A stretch of 59,734 nt of DNA, taken from Octopus bimaculoides. Taxonomy: Eukaryota. The translations under genes were made by a program, and so were the position numbers. Under the pieces are notes generated by a model. That model ran no database searches. It had not been told where the DNA came from and saw only the letters and a program-made list of their open reading frames with translations. Of the stretch, positions 24,844-36,801 are shown in pieces (position 1 is the first letter of the stretch; every line of letters begins with the position of its first letter). The stretch spans positions 28,331,523 through 28,391,256 of the forward strand of contig NC_069001.1 in the NCBI RefSeq assembly GCF_001194135.2, in the 5' to 3' direction.

Positions 24844-25599
24844 ACGTAGTCATGGATAACTCTAAAATCGGAATGGCCATCACCGGAATGATTAGCTCGA
24901 GTGCTTACAGCAATAAGAACAACAAAGACAACAACACCAGCATGCATTTATGAAACGAAACACCACATTTATGTCTCCGTTTTTCAGTACATACAACTTT
25001 CGTGTTCGATATGTCGAAAGCACTCCTTATATGGAGGATGGTTAGTTGTGAAAACTAGAAATATTTCAGAAAGAAGTGGCATATACTTCACTACTAATTT
25101 GATTTAGAACGTGCTACGGCGAATGGCAGTAATGAATATATAGAAATTGCTGGAAACTATATTTGTTCTTTATAGTTTTCTAATATTTTGTTAGATTCAA
25201 AATGTGATTTGAACGTTGAAGATAAAAGAAGAAAAAATAAAACATAAAAAGAAAATTTTAATCTGCGTACATATATCAAATTTAATTCTCAAGCCAAGCT
25301 AAGAATATATTAAAAAATGATGCTGAAATGAAAGAGTAAATAGTAAAATGAATGACATTTTAACTTCATACTCTGTGAACCGTAAAAACTAAATGAAACA
25401 GCTTCATTATGTTTGAGGGCAAAGAAACTAACTGCGACTTAAAAGACTTCCCTTTCATAGAGACGGACATGGAGAGAAACAAATAAAATAGAAAAATTAT
25501 TCTAAAATATGTATGATTTTAACATGTTTTGCTCTTTTTATTTTTAAATTTGGGCTTTATTTTTGGACTTTTCCCCATCAACTTATATCGTAATCATTA

Positions 25600-26200
25600 A
25601 AATATAGTAATGTTGATGACGGTGGTGGCGGCGGTGGTGGTAGTGGTGGTGGTGATGATGACGACGATGGCGTTGATGATGATGACGACGATGCTGATGA
25701 TGATAATGATTATGACAACAACGATGATAATAACGATGATGACGACGCCGACGCCGATGATGAGGAGGTGGAGGAGGAGCAGGAAGGATGATAATGATGA
25801 CGAGTTTGAAGAATGGCGGAGATGCTGCTCAGCCTTCTGATTGTGCTGATGGACCTGTTAATGGTGTTGATGATGAACACAAAGACATCGAAGATGAAAC
25901 AACGGGGAGGGGGGGATCAAAACGATGATGACGTGTAATCCTGACATTCCTACTGCTGCTGCTACTACTGATGATGATGATGAGGAGGAGGATGGTAGTG
26001 AGACCAATGATGGATTGGCGGTACTAGTGGTGGTCGTGGTGCTGGAAGTAGCAGTGATGATGATGATGGTGTGAATGATGATCGTTGTGAAGCTGATGGC
26101 TCTGTGCGTGGTGTTGGTGGTAAAGGTGGTAATTTTGATAATGATGATGATCATAATGATGATGATGATTATTATTATTTTGATCGACGGTGATGATCGT
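25600..26200. repeat. Degenerate (GAT/GGT/GAG)n trinucleotide tract
   Basis: Directly visible; source of the spurious ORFs 25610-25840 and 25858-26154. Confidence 0.85.
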
Positions 26201-26620
26201 ACAACTTCGAAGCTAATGTATTATTAAATTACACTTTCCACAAAGTGAAAATATTTTTTTGTGAAGGCTTAAAATTTTAACAAGACTTTAAAAGAGAAAG
26301 TAGAATATTTTATGTATTCTATAGGGAGATCTTTCATATTTCTAAGATATGTCTTTATCGTAGTGTAACCTTAACTCATCCATTATCCGCGAGATGTTTT
26401 TAAACAAAATTCTTGCTATCGCGACCGTAATGTTTTTCTTTTCTTTTTAATTCAGCCATTTTGAATTTCAAGTAGTTTTAGTTAACTTGTTTGAAGATAG
26501 TCAGTGGTACTGTTATTTCTTTGATATCTTACGACAAAATCATTCCCTTATGGTTCGCATAATTCATGTAATATATGCATGTATGTAAATATATATATGT
26601 CTCTCTCTATATATATGTGC

Positions 26621-26680
<60 letters not shown>

Positions 26681-26699
26681 CATTCCCCAAGATAGATCG

Positions 26700-26860
26700 C
26701 TAGTCACTACACAATCTCTATTTTCTCTCCCTGTTTCTTAATGTGGAAGAGAGTACGCTCGAATCGTTAAATACTTTTTCACTTCCTGAGCGTTAAACTA
26801 ATACATCTGTTTGTTGTCTACACCACTTGTCTTCGTCTTTTTTTGTGAATTCTCCACCCC
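26700..26860 (+). mobile_element. Repeat fragment with a degenerate minimal-hammerhead-like motif (Penelope-type terminal repeat remnant)
   Basis: tgtgga-a-gagagtacgctc-gaatc-gtt-aaa at 26742-26771 has the layout CUGANGA-A-stemII-GAAAC-GUU. Several core positions are mutated. Confidence 0.4.
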
Positions 26861-28334
26861 ACTATATATATATACATACATATACATGCATATATATACA
26901 TATATATGTATTAGTTCGTAGAGAAAATCTGAAAAATATATTATATATGCACTTGTATGTACTATGTATATACGTATATATAGTTATGTAGATATAATGA
27001 ACACTCACATATCCATGTGTGTTTGTGCGTGCATAAATGTGTGCGTGCGCGAGTGTTGTTGCTTTCTGGGTAAGAACAACTGAATGTGCTGTGACCTATT
27101 TAATAACATAGTTACATTCAAAGTTTCGTTTCATGGAATGCAATGATAGATATTGGAAAACAAACGCATAGGAACTCTATGCGCTTATCAGCTGGAACTC
27201 CTGCAAAATACAAGTTAAATAACCTTAAAATTACCCACAGAGGCCTCCTATACATCAATAGCAGATCATAACCATTTGTTCATGACACAACGTAATTCCT
27301 CGATATGATATGCGAAATTAAATCTGATTTCTCATCACTAGAACGCCTAAATGCCATAAGGACTGCATATGAAACAGAGCACATGTATGTATGTGTATGT
27401 ATATATATATATATATATAAAAATATAAAATCTGGGTATCAAGTTTTCACCACACACGTAGGGAATTTATATTAGTTCTATAAAAGGGTATTTTATCATA
27501 AATCAAGAGCACTATGTGATCTGAAACAATTCATGCTAGCGCGCATCGTACAATGAATATAGCTTGGGAAATATATTCATGATCCCTAATGAGTTGTAAC
27601 ATATATTTCGATGTACGCCCATCGCACATCGTTCCACTCATCAATGGCTTTCTCTACTGAATCAGGTTATCTGCTACTGATTTTACAAGCAACATTCTAA
27701 AAATGTCTAAAAAAGTTGTTATCGCTTCTGAATACAGTTTCATTTCGCAGGGATTTCTGCATGTATTTATTTATTGTAGTATATATTTTCCCTTAGAGAA
27801 AATCATTGATCTTGTACATTTTACACAGTTACATAGTTCATTAAGAGGGAATGGATATTCTTTGGTAAGAAATGAATCCGCCTCTACTATAGCTGCTGAA
27901 ATAATACTAACAACAGTGAGAAAAACACACGTATGAACTGCTAGCAAATATGTACTTAGTTTAGTTTCCCCACTGCCTAATTTGATGAGTTATCTGCTAT
28001 TTCTTGCCCCTCGAGCAACGATATGGAGCTGAAAGTAGTAGTCAAATCTTTCTGAAACTATAAGCCTAGAGTTTTACAAACGAAGACTATGTTGAGCTGT
28101 GTAGATGTACTTCTACTTTATCCGTGAATAATATAGAGACGGATTTAGTAATTACAGCGAGAACAAAATTCCATCATAAGTCTATTGATGCAGGGCTGAA
28201 GTGATGACGATGAGCAACACTCGACATGCAATTGCATGTATTATATTCACGACAATTACTGCAGGTCACAGTTGTTAATGATCTCTGGCGGCCATCTCGC
28301 GTGTGAATTAATTGAAGAACAATGATGAGCTTAC

Positions 28335-28417
28335 TTCTGGGAACGACATATTTCACTTTGACAGAGCGCAGAGGTAATCAGAAATAGAAACATATTTAAG
28401 TTCAAGGGCGACTTCAA
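28335..28417 (-). CDS. Candidate 83-nt exon (LKSPLNLNMFLFLITSALCQSEICRSQ)
   Basis: Acceptor tttgtcactcgtcttctag, donor AA|gtaagc, one open frame (phase 0 to 2). Confidence 0.25.
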
Positions 28418-28740
28418 CTAGAAGACGAGTGACAAACCTTGAATTATTTCAAGGCTGACTCTACGTTGTGATTTCATGTAGGCGGTGAAATGATATTTCA
28501 TGATGTGAAGTTTCTATGATAACGTAGAGAACTTTAGATCGTTGTTCACAACTTTGTTAAAAGCTGAGACACGACAACAGAGTAACAACAGTTTGGGGAA
28601 CAAAGATTCTTGCGCTCGAATTTGTTAAAGTTTCGGTTTTTGAACTGAATCTTGGTGTGTAGTAAGGTATTTTTTTCATGAAATTAATAATAATATAATG
28701 CAGTTCTATATTTAAGATTAGAGGAATTATGTACATTACT

Positions 28741-28790
28741 TATATTATTTACATTTGACGGATATTTGTCATTATCTTGTTTGTTGTTAA
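28741..28790 (-). mobile_element. Inverted 3'-end fragment of the hammerhead-bearing element
   Basis: tatattatttacatttgacggatatttgtc...tttgttgttaa is the reverse complement of 29011-29056. Confidence 0.8.
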
Positions 28791-28844
28791 GAATAGAAAA
28801 ATATTAGATTTATAAGCCCTAAGATTCACTTCATAATTGGCCGC

Positions 28845-29056
28845 GGGGATATGGAGTAATAGTTTAGATTCCAAGTTCGATTCCAAGCAGTGACCTGAAT
28901 AATAATAATAACAACATCGAAATGACAACCTTAGGAATGACAACCCATGTTCGAAATGTTCCCCAAGACACATGATGAAGGGTAGAGGTTATATCAGCCG
29001 AAACAATGTGTTAACAACAAAGTGAGGACACATATCCGTCAAATTTAAATAATGTA
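28845..29056 (+). mobile_element. tRNA-headed SINE-like element with a degenerate minimal type I hammerhead ribozyme in its 3' part
   Basis: A-box-like ggatatggagtaatagtt, B-box aagttcgattcc (28873-28884) and an (AAT)n linker. These are followed by GACAC-(A)TGATGA-A-GG...CAGCC-GAAAC-aat-GTGTT (28967-29012), in which stem I GACAC/GTGTT and the stem II closing GG/CC pair. Confidence 0.7.
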
Positions 29057-29269
29057 ATAACAATATGTTGAAATCACTTCGTAGAAATATGTTTTTGTAC
29101 AGAGACGGAAAATGATAACATTTATATCTGAATTATTAAATTCTTCTATGTTCCCAATAGTTGGATAGTTTGTTGGGCTGGTAGAACTTGTCTTTTCTCG
29201 AGAAATCGAAACGTCGAACAACCACGGGGCAACAAATTTTGACCATGTTTATTATTGGCTGCGGTGATG

Positions 29270-29524
29270 AGGGAATAGGAAGGGTTTAGTCAAATACGTT
29301 ACTATGCTTGTAAACATAACGTAGTTCTTAAAGAGATTCAGCGGGGCACAAAGTGTGGCAAGGATGGCTCTTTGAAATACAGGTACAACTCATTGTTGCC
29401 AGCTGGGTGGACCGGAGCAACATGAAATAGTGTCTGGCTCATGGATACAACGCGTCGTCGGGGATTGAACTCACAACCTTACAATCGTGAGTTGAATGCC
29501 CCAACCACTAAACCACGCGCCTTC
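29270..29524 (-). mobile_element. SINE family C (tRNA head plus CORE-like domain)
   Basis: Reverse complement: gaaggcgcgtggtttagtggttggggcattcaactcacgattgtaaggttgtgagttcaatccccg...gttgtatccatgagccagacac...ctccggtccacccagctggcaacaatgag. Confidence 0.88.
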
Positions 29525-29533
29525 GTTTGTTTG

Positions 29534-29574
<41 letters not shown>

Positions 29575-29577
<3 letters not shown>

Positions 29578-29604
29578 TGAATAGATAGATAAGTAGATAC
29601 ATAG

Positions 29605-29635
<31 letters not shown>

Positions 29636-29730
29636 GATAAGTAGATAAATAGATGGATAGGTAGATAGATAAATAGATAGGTAGATAAATAGAGAGATAG
29701 ACAGATAGATAGATAGATAGATAGATAGAA
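29575..29730. repeat. (TAGA)n tetranucleotide array
   Basis: Directly visible; smaller arrays at ~655-730, 11460-11487 and 22430-22480. Confidence 0.95.
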
Positions 29731-31631
29731 ACAGTAAGTAGCGGATTATTACAGGTTGACAGTAAATATAAATAGACAATTTAGGAAATGACTTTTGAAC
29801 ACAGGTGTTAATATCTTGAGTGAAATGAAGCGAAAAAGAGTTGGAGTGACTTCATCCGGAAACCAAAACCACAGTGTGCAATATATGTTTTCCTGGGACT
29901 AATATAGTTGACGTTTAGTGAACTACTGAACATAATATTCCAATTAAACTCTCTCCTCTTCAACTGTCTCTGTCTTCCTTCCTATTGTACATATTTCTTT
30001 CTCTTTTTCTTTCTAACTCTCGATCTCTCTTACTCTCCCGTATTCTATTTTTATTCGTTACGATCAGCAAGATTGTTGCACGTGCCATCATATATCTACT
30101 GAGACGCATTTTCACGCATGAAAAGCAAAAAAAAAACAAAAAAAAAACGAAAGAAAATATGAAATGAAAGAAAAAAATAACAACTATGCAATATCTATAA
30201 TAATCATAACAATATTGATAATCATAATATTTAATTGAATGATGTGTGTGGAAAGTACACATGTACCACTTTCCTCAAATATTGGGGGAAAATGGGGAGA
30301 CATCGATTAGCAACTAATAATTGACATATATAACAGAGATTGCTTCCGAATGTCTACTCACTGATTCCTGCTTCTGGAATGCTAGATTCCAGGGCGCAGA
30401 GGTAGACAAATTATTGTGCAAGAGTAGGAGTTACGCGTGGTTAAAACTATCTCCCATTCATGTTTCTAACGTGGCAAGATGTGGCAAGATGTGCGTATTA
30501 TCACCTAGAATTCGAAATGTCGAAACAGATACAATAAGGAATCTCACTGGCCGTTCTTATAATTCTGCACATCCATTGCCCTAGATTGATATTTTTATGA
30601 ACCACGAAAACGGTAAAGAAATCGTGGAACTAGTCGGTTTTGAACTCAGAGTGCAGATGGAATATCCTCCATCAACTTTGTCAATTCCACTCAAACGTAC
30701 ATACATACACCAACACATACTGCGCACACACAAATAGACACATACATGCACCAACTCACACGCGCACACAAACACACTCACACATATAATCATCGCCGTT
30801 ACAGAAAGTGTTTTCATTTTGGTGCTGATAATGAGCATAATCAATGATAACAACTTTATTGGGTTTCATTTTTCTCCCTAATTTGAATTCTCGAATATCA
30901 AAGCAACACAGTTATGATTTTATTAAGTCCGACTACCTGCTTTAATAAATATAATCCGTGTATTATCTCATTGATCCGGGGTTAAATGCCAACGAAGATA
31001 GATCCAATATATAGGTTAATGACTCAAGCTTCCGCATAGCATAAAACAACAGTATACATATAAAAACAAAATGACAAAAAAAAAGGCAAATTAAAGAACG
31101 AACTCAAATAACACACACCATTAAAATCAACAATATTTGAAGTAATCACATATAAATTGCAATATATTAGATTTCAATGATTCTGCAAATTGCTTCTTAG
31201 ACTTTAAATTGGAATATTATTCTAGTTCCTCGTTTTATTTCTTTATTTTTTTTTAAATGATAAATCGACATAAAATAATAAAGAAAATAAAGAAAATTGG
31301 GTAAAAAAAATTTAGGAAGTAGAGGGTGAAGGAAATCATTAATATCGACGTACTTCAAAGACTAAGTGGAATTCGTATTTTAAAGGAACATTTATGTTCT
31401 TATTTCTTAATTTTGTTTTGACAGTTTTATATGAAATAGCTGTTGCGGCAATCCAATCCAATAGACCTCCCTTCTACGGCATACATAACTGGTTTTACAA
31501 ATGAGCGAAAGTATTAAAATGAAATATTTAAAATTTTAGAAAGCATAACATTCTAATTGGAGGAAATCAGCGGCAGCATATAATAATCAATATTCGATAG
31601 ATTATATACATATATATATATATAAAATGTA

Positions 31632-31679
<48 letters not shown>

Positions 31680-31700
31680 ATATATATATATATAAAATGC

Positions 31701-31759
<59 letters not shown>

Positions 31760-32262
31760 CATATATATATATATATATATTTTCTGTATATAAGTATACA
31801 TATATATATATATATAAATGTGTACGAATGTGCACGTGTATATAGCAACAATAATAATGACAATAATAATAATTGTTATAATAAAAATAATAATAATAAT
31901 AATAACAGCAACGACTATTGAGTAGGGATAAACCTAAGGTGAGCGGACACTTCTTAATCATTTCATGTAGTATCTTGTCTAGCTACGTATTCCAATAACG
32001 AAGGAGAGTGACGCAAATGAAGTGATACGAGTTTATCCTACATTGACGATTTACTGCATATTTTGAGTGTGTTCGAAGCCAGTGTGTTAGAGGAAGTGAA
32101 TAAGCAACATTACAATATCATATACTGAACGTATTGCATATCTACATTCGGAATGGAATAAAAGAGGTTCGTTTAGGGAAACCATCATGACATTGTTTTG
32201 GGTTCTCTTTTCCTTAAGTTCATTATATGTGCTTGTGTTGTGTGCGTGTGTGTACTGCATAC

Positions 32263-32326
<64 letters not shown>

Positions 32327-32842
32327 AAGGGTTGCCGTGTTAGCTAATATGTATTGATTATATGACTTAAGATATTCAGTACAAATGGTTAGTGTAATGT
32401 GTTACACATTTCCTATTTTTTATCACTTCCTATGAATTCCCTGAAGCTGTCTGACAATGAAGATAACTTAAATCTGACAAGTATCATTTCTAAATCTTCG
32501 TAGTTTCCACTTCAGTTTGAAGTGATAATGTTTGTTATGGCCTCCTTAAAATAGACAGAGCCTATGCTCTTGATGTAGCAATGAACATTGTGGTGCACAA
32601 TGTGGGTGTAGAAATTCATGCCATAAATTAGACGTTTATTGTTCTTTATCACGTGTCACAGTAGAGGGTTTCAGTTAGTGCCAGGCTGCTGTGCTTCGAT
32701 GTTTACAGCATCACAAATTCTTTGTTTCTCCGGTAAATATTGTTTAGAAAGGTTTTCACTTCTATTTTCCCACCTATTTAATTGCTTTTTGTGGTAAGTA
32801 CATGCGCAGGTGAATGAATGTCGGATCCGTATTAGCAATAGT

Positions 32843-33407
32843 GGATCTTTTTTTTAAAACGGGGTCCACATTTTTCATTAATGTTTTACGTAGTGTTTTT
32901 GGTATGGAAAGACTTTCAAACTTCGTATACTTATCTATTTTGTGTTATAGAACAGAAAAATATCTTTGTATTCGAATTTATTTCATGTAAAAAATTGTCT
33001 TATTTCGATAATTTCAACCAATCACTGACAAGTATTCAGTTGTTTACATTTACTCCTTTGGCTGATTAAGCGATGTAAAGCGTATTTAATCTCCATACCT
33101 TCGTTTCATTTGCTTTTTTCATTGTAAATTTGCTTTAACCCTAACCCTAACAGTAGGGTTAGGGTTAATTGTTTCAGAATCGTTTGTTTATGTAGTCGGC
33201 ACTTAATGTATATCGGCTGAATGGACGTCAGTGATTGGTTGAAATTACAGAAATACGACAACTTTAACATGGAATAATTTATGGATTTCTTTTTTTTTTT
33301 AAGAAGACTAAGAGAAAAAGATGTTTTATATGACACATCTTACCAGTGTTCCACATTTCAAAGTGTTTCGTTAATGAAAAATGTGGCCCCCGTTTTAAAA
33401 AAGATCC
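32843..33407. mobile_element. Non-autonomous DNA transposon (MITE), 565 bp, with ~40-bp TIRs, 8-bp TSD and a central inverted telomeric repeat
   Basis: Left end GGATCTTTTTTTTAAAACGGGGTCCACATTTTTCATTAA, right end TTAATGAAAAATGTGGCCCCCGTTTTAAAAAAGATCC. Flanking direct repeat GCAATAGT at 32835-32842 and 33408-33415. Subterminal IR atttcaaccaatcactgac / gtcagtgattggttgaaatt. Centre ttaaccctaaccctaa-cag-tagggttagggttaa (33135-33168). Confidence 0.9.
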
Positions 33408-33447
33408 GCAATAGTTCAGAATCCTAAAGTTTACAATCACAATGTGT

Positions 33448-33771
33448 GAAGGTGACTGGCTCAGTGGTTAGCAGTATTCGCATCACAGTCGTAAGGCCGC
33501 GAGTTCTTTTACGGCGGCACGTTCTGTCTTTAATCTATAATCTTTATTTTCAATTGTTACCTTCAACTTAAGTCGCAAAATTGAGCTGTACCTGTAAGTC
33601 AAAGAGCCAGCCTTTTTTACATTCTGCGCCACGATGATTCTCCCTGGGAACTATACGAAGTATAGGCGTGACTGTGGAGTGCTCGGTCAATTGGGTGCTA
33701 AGTTCGTGAGTAGGAGTTTACGATAAACAAACCTGCTGGATCCCTCGTCGACGTAACCGACGGAGTGCCAG
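33448..33771 (+). mobile_element. SINE family C, diverged, with tail
   Basis: gaaggtgactggctcagtggttag...cacagtcgtaaggccgcgagttc head. The segment gagctgtacctgtaagtcaaagagccagcc is shared with the 29270-29524 copy. Confidence 0.8.
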
Positions 33772-33944
33772 ATTCTTACAATCGCAAGGCTGCAATGAAG
33801 TTTAAAGTATTTCATAACTTAAAATAGAAGTTTAATGATAGCTAAATACTCACTAAGCTTACAAAGAATATGTCCTGAGATCCATTTCTTCGACTGAAAG
33901 AAAATGTATATATATACATATATGTGTGTATGTATGTTTGTATG

Positions 33945-33987
<43 letters not shown>

Positions 33988-34019
33988 ACAAACACACACA
34001 TATATATATATATTCATTC

Positions 34020-34270
34020 ATTCTTTTACTCGTTCAACACATTGACAACCAGGTATGTTTAAGTAATATAATATTATAATACTATAATATAATTTGTAAT
34101 ATTATAGTATTAGAAATATAATAATACTTGTAATACGTTTAGCCGAGTAAATCAACTGAACACATATTTTTTTAAAGACATTTACTTAATATCTCGGCCG
34201 CATTTGTAGAAGTGCTCACTTACGGGCCGTAAACACACTAACATTTGGCTAGCGGTGGGATTACAAATAC
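34020..34270 (-). mobile_element. SINE family A tail, diverged, interrupted by AT-rich sequence
   Basis: cattcttttactcgttcaacacattgac...cttacgggccgtaaacacactaaca parallels 8921-9070. Confidence 0.6.
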
Positions 34271-34320
34271 AAACATATACACATCTAGAAACATTTATAT
34301 ACGTGTGTGTGTCTGTGCGT

Positions 34321-34470
34321 GTGTGGCCAGAGTAAGAAGCCGGTTTCCTAACCAATCTGTCTCGGGTTCAAGTCCAGAGTGTGACACCTCAGAAGAGTGT
34401 CTTTTAAAATAGCTTCGGGTCGACTTGTGAATGGATTTGGAAGGCAGAAACCGTCGTATACATGTATGAA
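34321..34470 (+). mobile_element. SINE family A head/body leading into (TA)n and a gap
   Basis: gtgtggccagagtaagaagccggtttcctaacc...ctcgggttcaagtcc...agcttcgggtcgacttgtgaatggatttgg. Confidence 0.8.
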
Positions 34471-34487
34471 TATATGTGTGTATGTGT

Positions 34488-34536
<49 letters not shown>

Positions 34537-35012
34537 NNNNNNNNNNNNNNNNNNNNNNNNNNNNNNNNNNNNNNNNNNNNNNNNNNNNNNNNNNNNNNNN
34601 NNNNNNNNNNNNNNNNNNNNNNNNNNNNNNNNNNNNNNNNNNNNNNNNNNNNNNNNNNNNNNNNNNNNNNNNNNNNNNNNNNNNNNNNNNNNNNNNNNNN
34701 NNNNNNNNNNNNNNNNNNNNNNNNNNNNNNNNNNNNNNNNNNNNNNNNNNNNNNNNNNNNNNNNNNNNNNNNNNNNNNNNNNNNNNNNNNNNNNNNNNNN
34801 NNNNNNNNNNNNNNNNNNNNNNNNNNNNNNNNNNNNNNNNNNNNNNNNNNNNNNNNNNNNNNNNNNNNNNNNNNNNNNNNNNNNNNNNNNNNNNNNNNNN
34901 NNNNNNNNNNNNNNNNNNNNNNNNNNNNNNNNNNNNNNNNNNNNNNNNNNNNNNNNNNNNNNNNNNNNNNNNNNNNNNNNNNNNNNNNNNNNNNNNNNNN
35001 NNNNNNNNNNNN

Positions 35013-35069
<57 letters not shown>

Positions 35070-35219
35070 TAATAATGTAGGTTTCCCACGTCTATAATTT
35101 TATTAAAGTTATTGACAGCATTCTCGTTTTTTCTTGATCTACGCGTGTTTCGAATGCATCGACTGCACACTGTTAGATATGCATCCTGGTGTCATATACC
35201 CAGACACATATACAGCATA

Positions 35220-35366
35220 CATCAACGCTGTTCCAGACTTCCAAATCCACTCTAAAGATTTGATGGGCCACATACCATCGTAGATGATAGTTGTGTTAAG
35301 TGACTTGCATTGGATTTGAACTCCAAACTGCTTCTTTGCACAGCAAACTCCTTTACCACGGAGCCA
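35220..35366 (-). mobile_element. SINE family A head/body, diverged
   Basis: ttccagacttccaaatccactctaaag...ggatttgaactcc...ctcctttaccacggagcca. Confidence 0.7.
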
Positions 35367-35737
35367 ATCTATTTTTCTATCAACTATATCAATTTATTAT
35401 GTGCTAACAGAAAAAAAAAAGAAAAAGAAAAGAATGAAAAGGAAAAGAACAAAGATAATCAATGTTACAATTAAAACAAGTAGATTATTTATGGCGTGTT
35501 TTGAATGATGAGGAGAGAAAAAGTGTTCCGCTAATTTTAAAACAACCTGATACTCTAAATAAACATAAAACTTCAGCCAAACTTATCTTGCTTGTTGTTT
35601 CTGTATACATACATGTATTCTTAGCTTTTTATCCTTAGTTTAATCTGTTCAAGTTAATCGCCGCGTTAAGTAGCATCTTGAAAAACATAAAACTTTACAT
35701 CACTTCTCTAATACATACATGCAAAGTTATATCCATG

Positions 35738-35795
<58 letters not shown>

Positions 35796-36167
35796 CACAT
35801 ATGTACACGTATAGATATATGTGTCTGTGTGTATGAGAGTACACGCGTTTGTATGTAACCTCGTATCTAAGAATTTATGTAACGTATGTGAATGTGGGAA
35901 ACAGGGTGAGTACGTGCATATGTACTGTATAAACGTTATTCAATCTTTTACAACTTAGATATATTCATACAGGTGAGTCAAGTACGTCGCTTCACGCACA
36001 AGCATAGACAAATACTGTGACCTTGAATAAAGTTTGACGTTTCTGGTCGTAAGATAATTCATCTATTGTTTTCATTAATAACAAATGCATCCATATACAT
36101 AAAGTGTATGGTTATTAATTTCTTCCAAGTCTTCATTTTACACTACTACTACTACTACTACTACTGT

Positions 36168-36410
36168 GGAGGCGCGTGGCCTAGTGGTTAGGGTGTCAGC
36201 ACCATCATCGTAAGATTGTGGTTTCGATTCCTGGACCGGGTGACGCGTTGTTCTTGAGCAAAACGCTCCAGTCCACTCAGCTGGCAAAAATGAGTAACGC
36301 TGCGATGGACTGGCGTCCCGTCCAGGTGGGGAACACATACGCCATAGAAACCGGAAAACCGAACCCATGAGCCTGGCTAGGCTTTAAAAAGGGCGCATTT
36401 ATTATTTATT
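36168..36410 (+). mobile_element. Well-preserved SINE with family C head and a distinct 3' half, 13-bp TSD
   Basis: ggaggcgcgtggcctagtggttagggtg...ggtttcgattcctgg A/B boxes, core ctccagtccactcagctggcaaaaatgag, then gctgcgatggactggcgtcccgtccagg. TSD CTACTACTACTGT at 36155-36167 and 36411-36423. Confidence 0.92.
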
Positions 36411-36703
36411 CTACTACTACTGTTACAACTAATATCAAGTGTAGTAATAGTAGAAGCAGCAGGAAGATAAGTTCCCATTACTAGAACCTAGTCCTCCTTA
36501 ACTGTGCAAACCCTTTCACAACAGTTTTGTAATCGTGAGGTGCACACGCACAGTTCTCAGTAAAGGAAGACTAAAGGAGAAATACTTGAATGACACAGTA
36601 TTGATATACACACATACATACATATAGGGAGACTTTACAAAAAAACCCCAGAAAACGAGACAGGTGTTGTAGAAAACAAACAGATGTAAGTATAAAGCTC
36701 GGG

Positions 36704-36801
<98 letters not shown>

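Noticed and set aside
29440-29524. SINE heads (also 36168, 43880, 9230) as functional tRNA genes
   Set aside because: A/B boxes are present, but there is no complete cloverleaf and they continue into SINE bodies.
30321-30584. 87-aa plus ORF, and a nearby minus gtgagt donor at ~30360
   Set aside because: No consistent acceptor/donor pair with an open frame, and no recognisable domain.
33135-33168. Ancient telomere fusion site
   Set aside because: Orientation is CCCTAA then TTAGGG (opposite to a fusion), there are only 2-3 units, and it lies inside a TSD-flanked TIR element.
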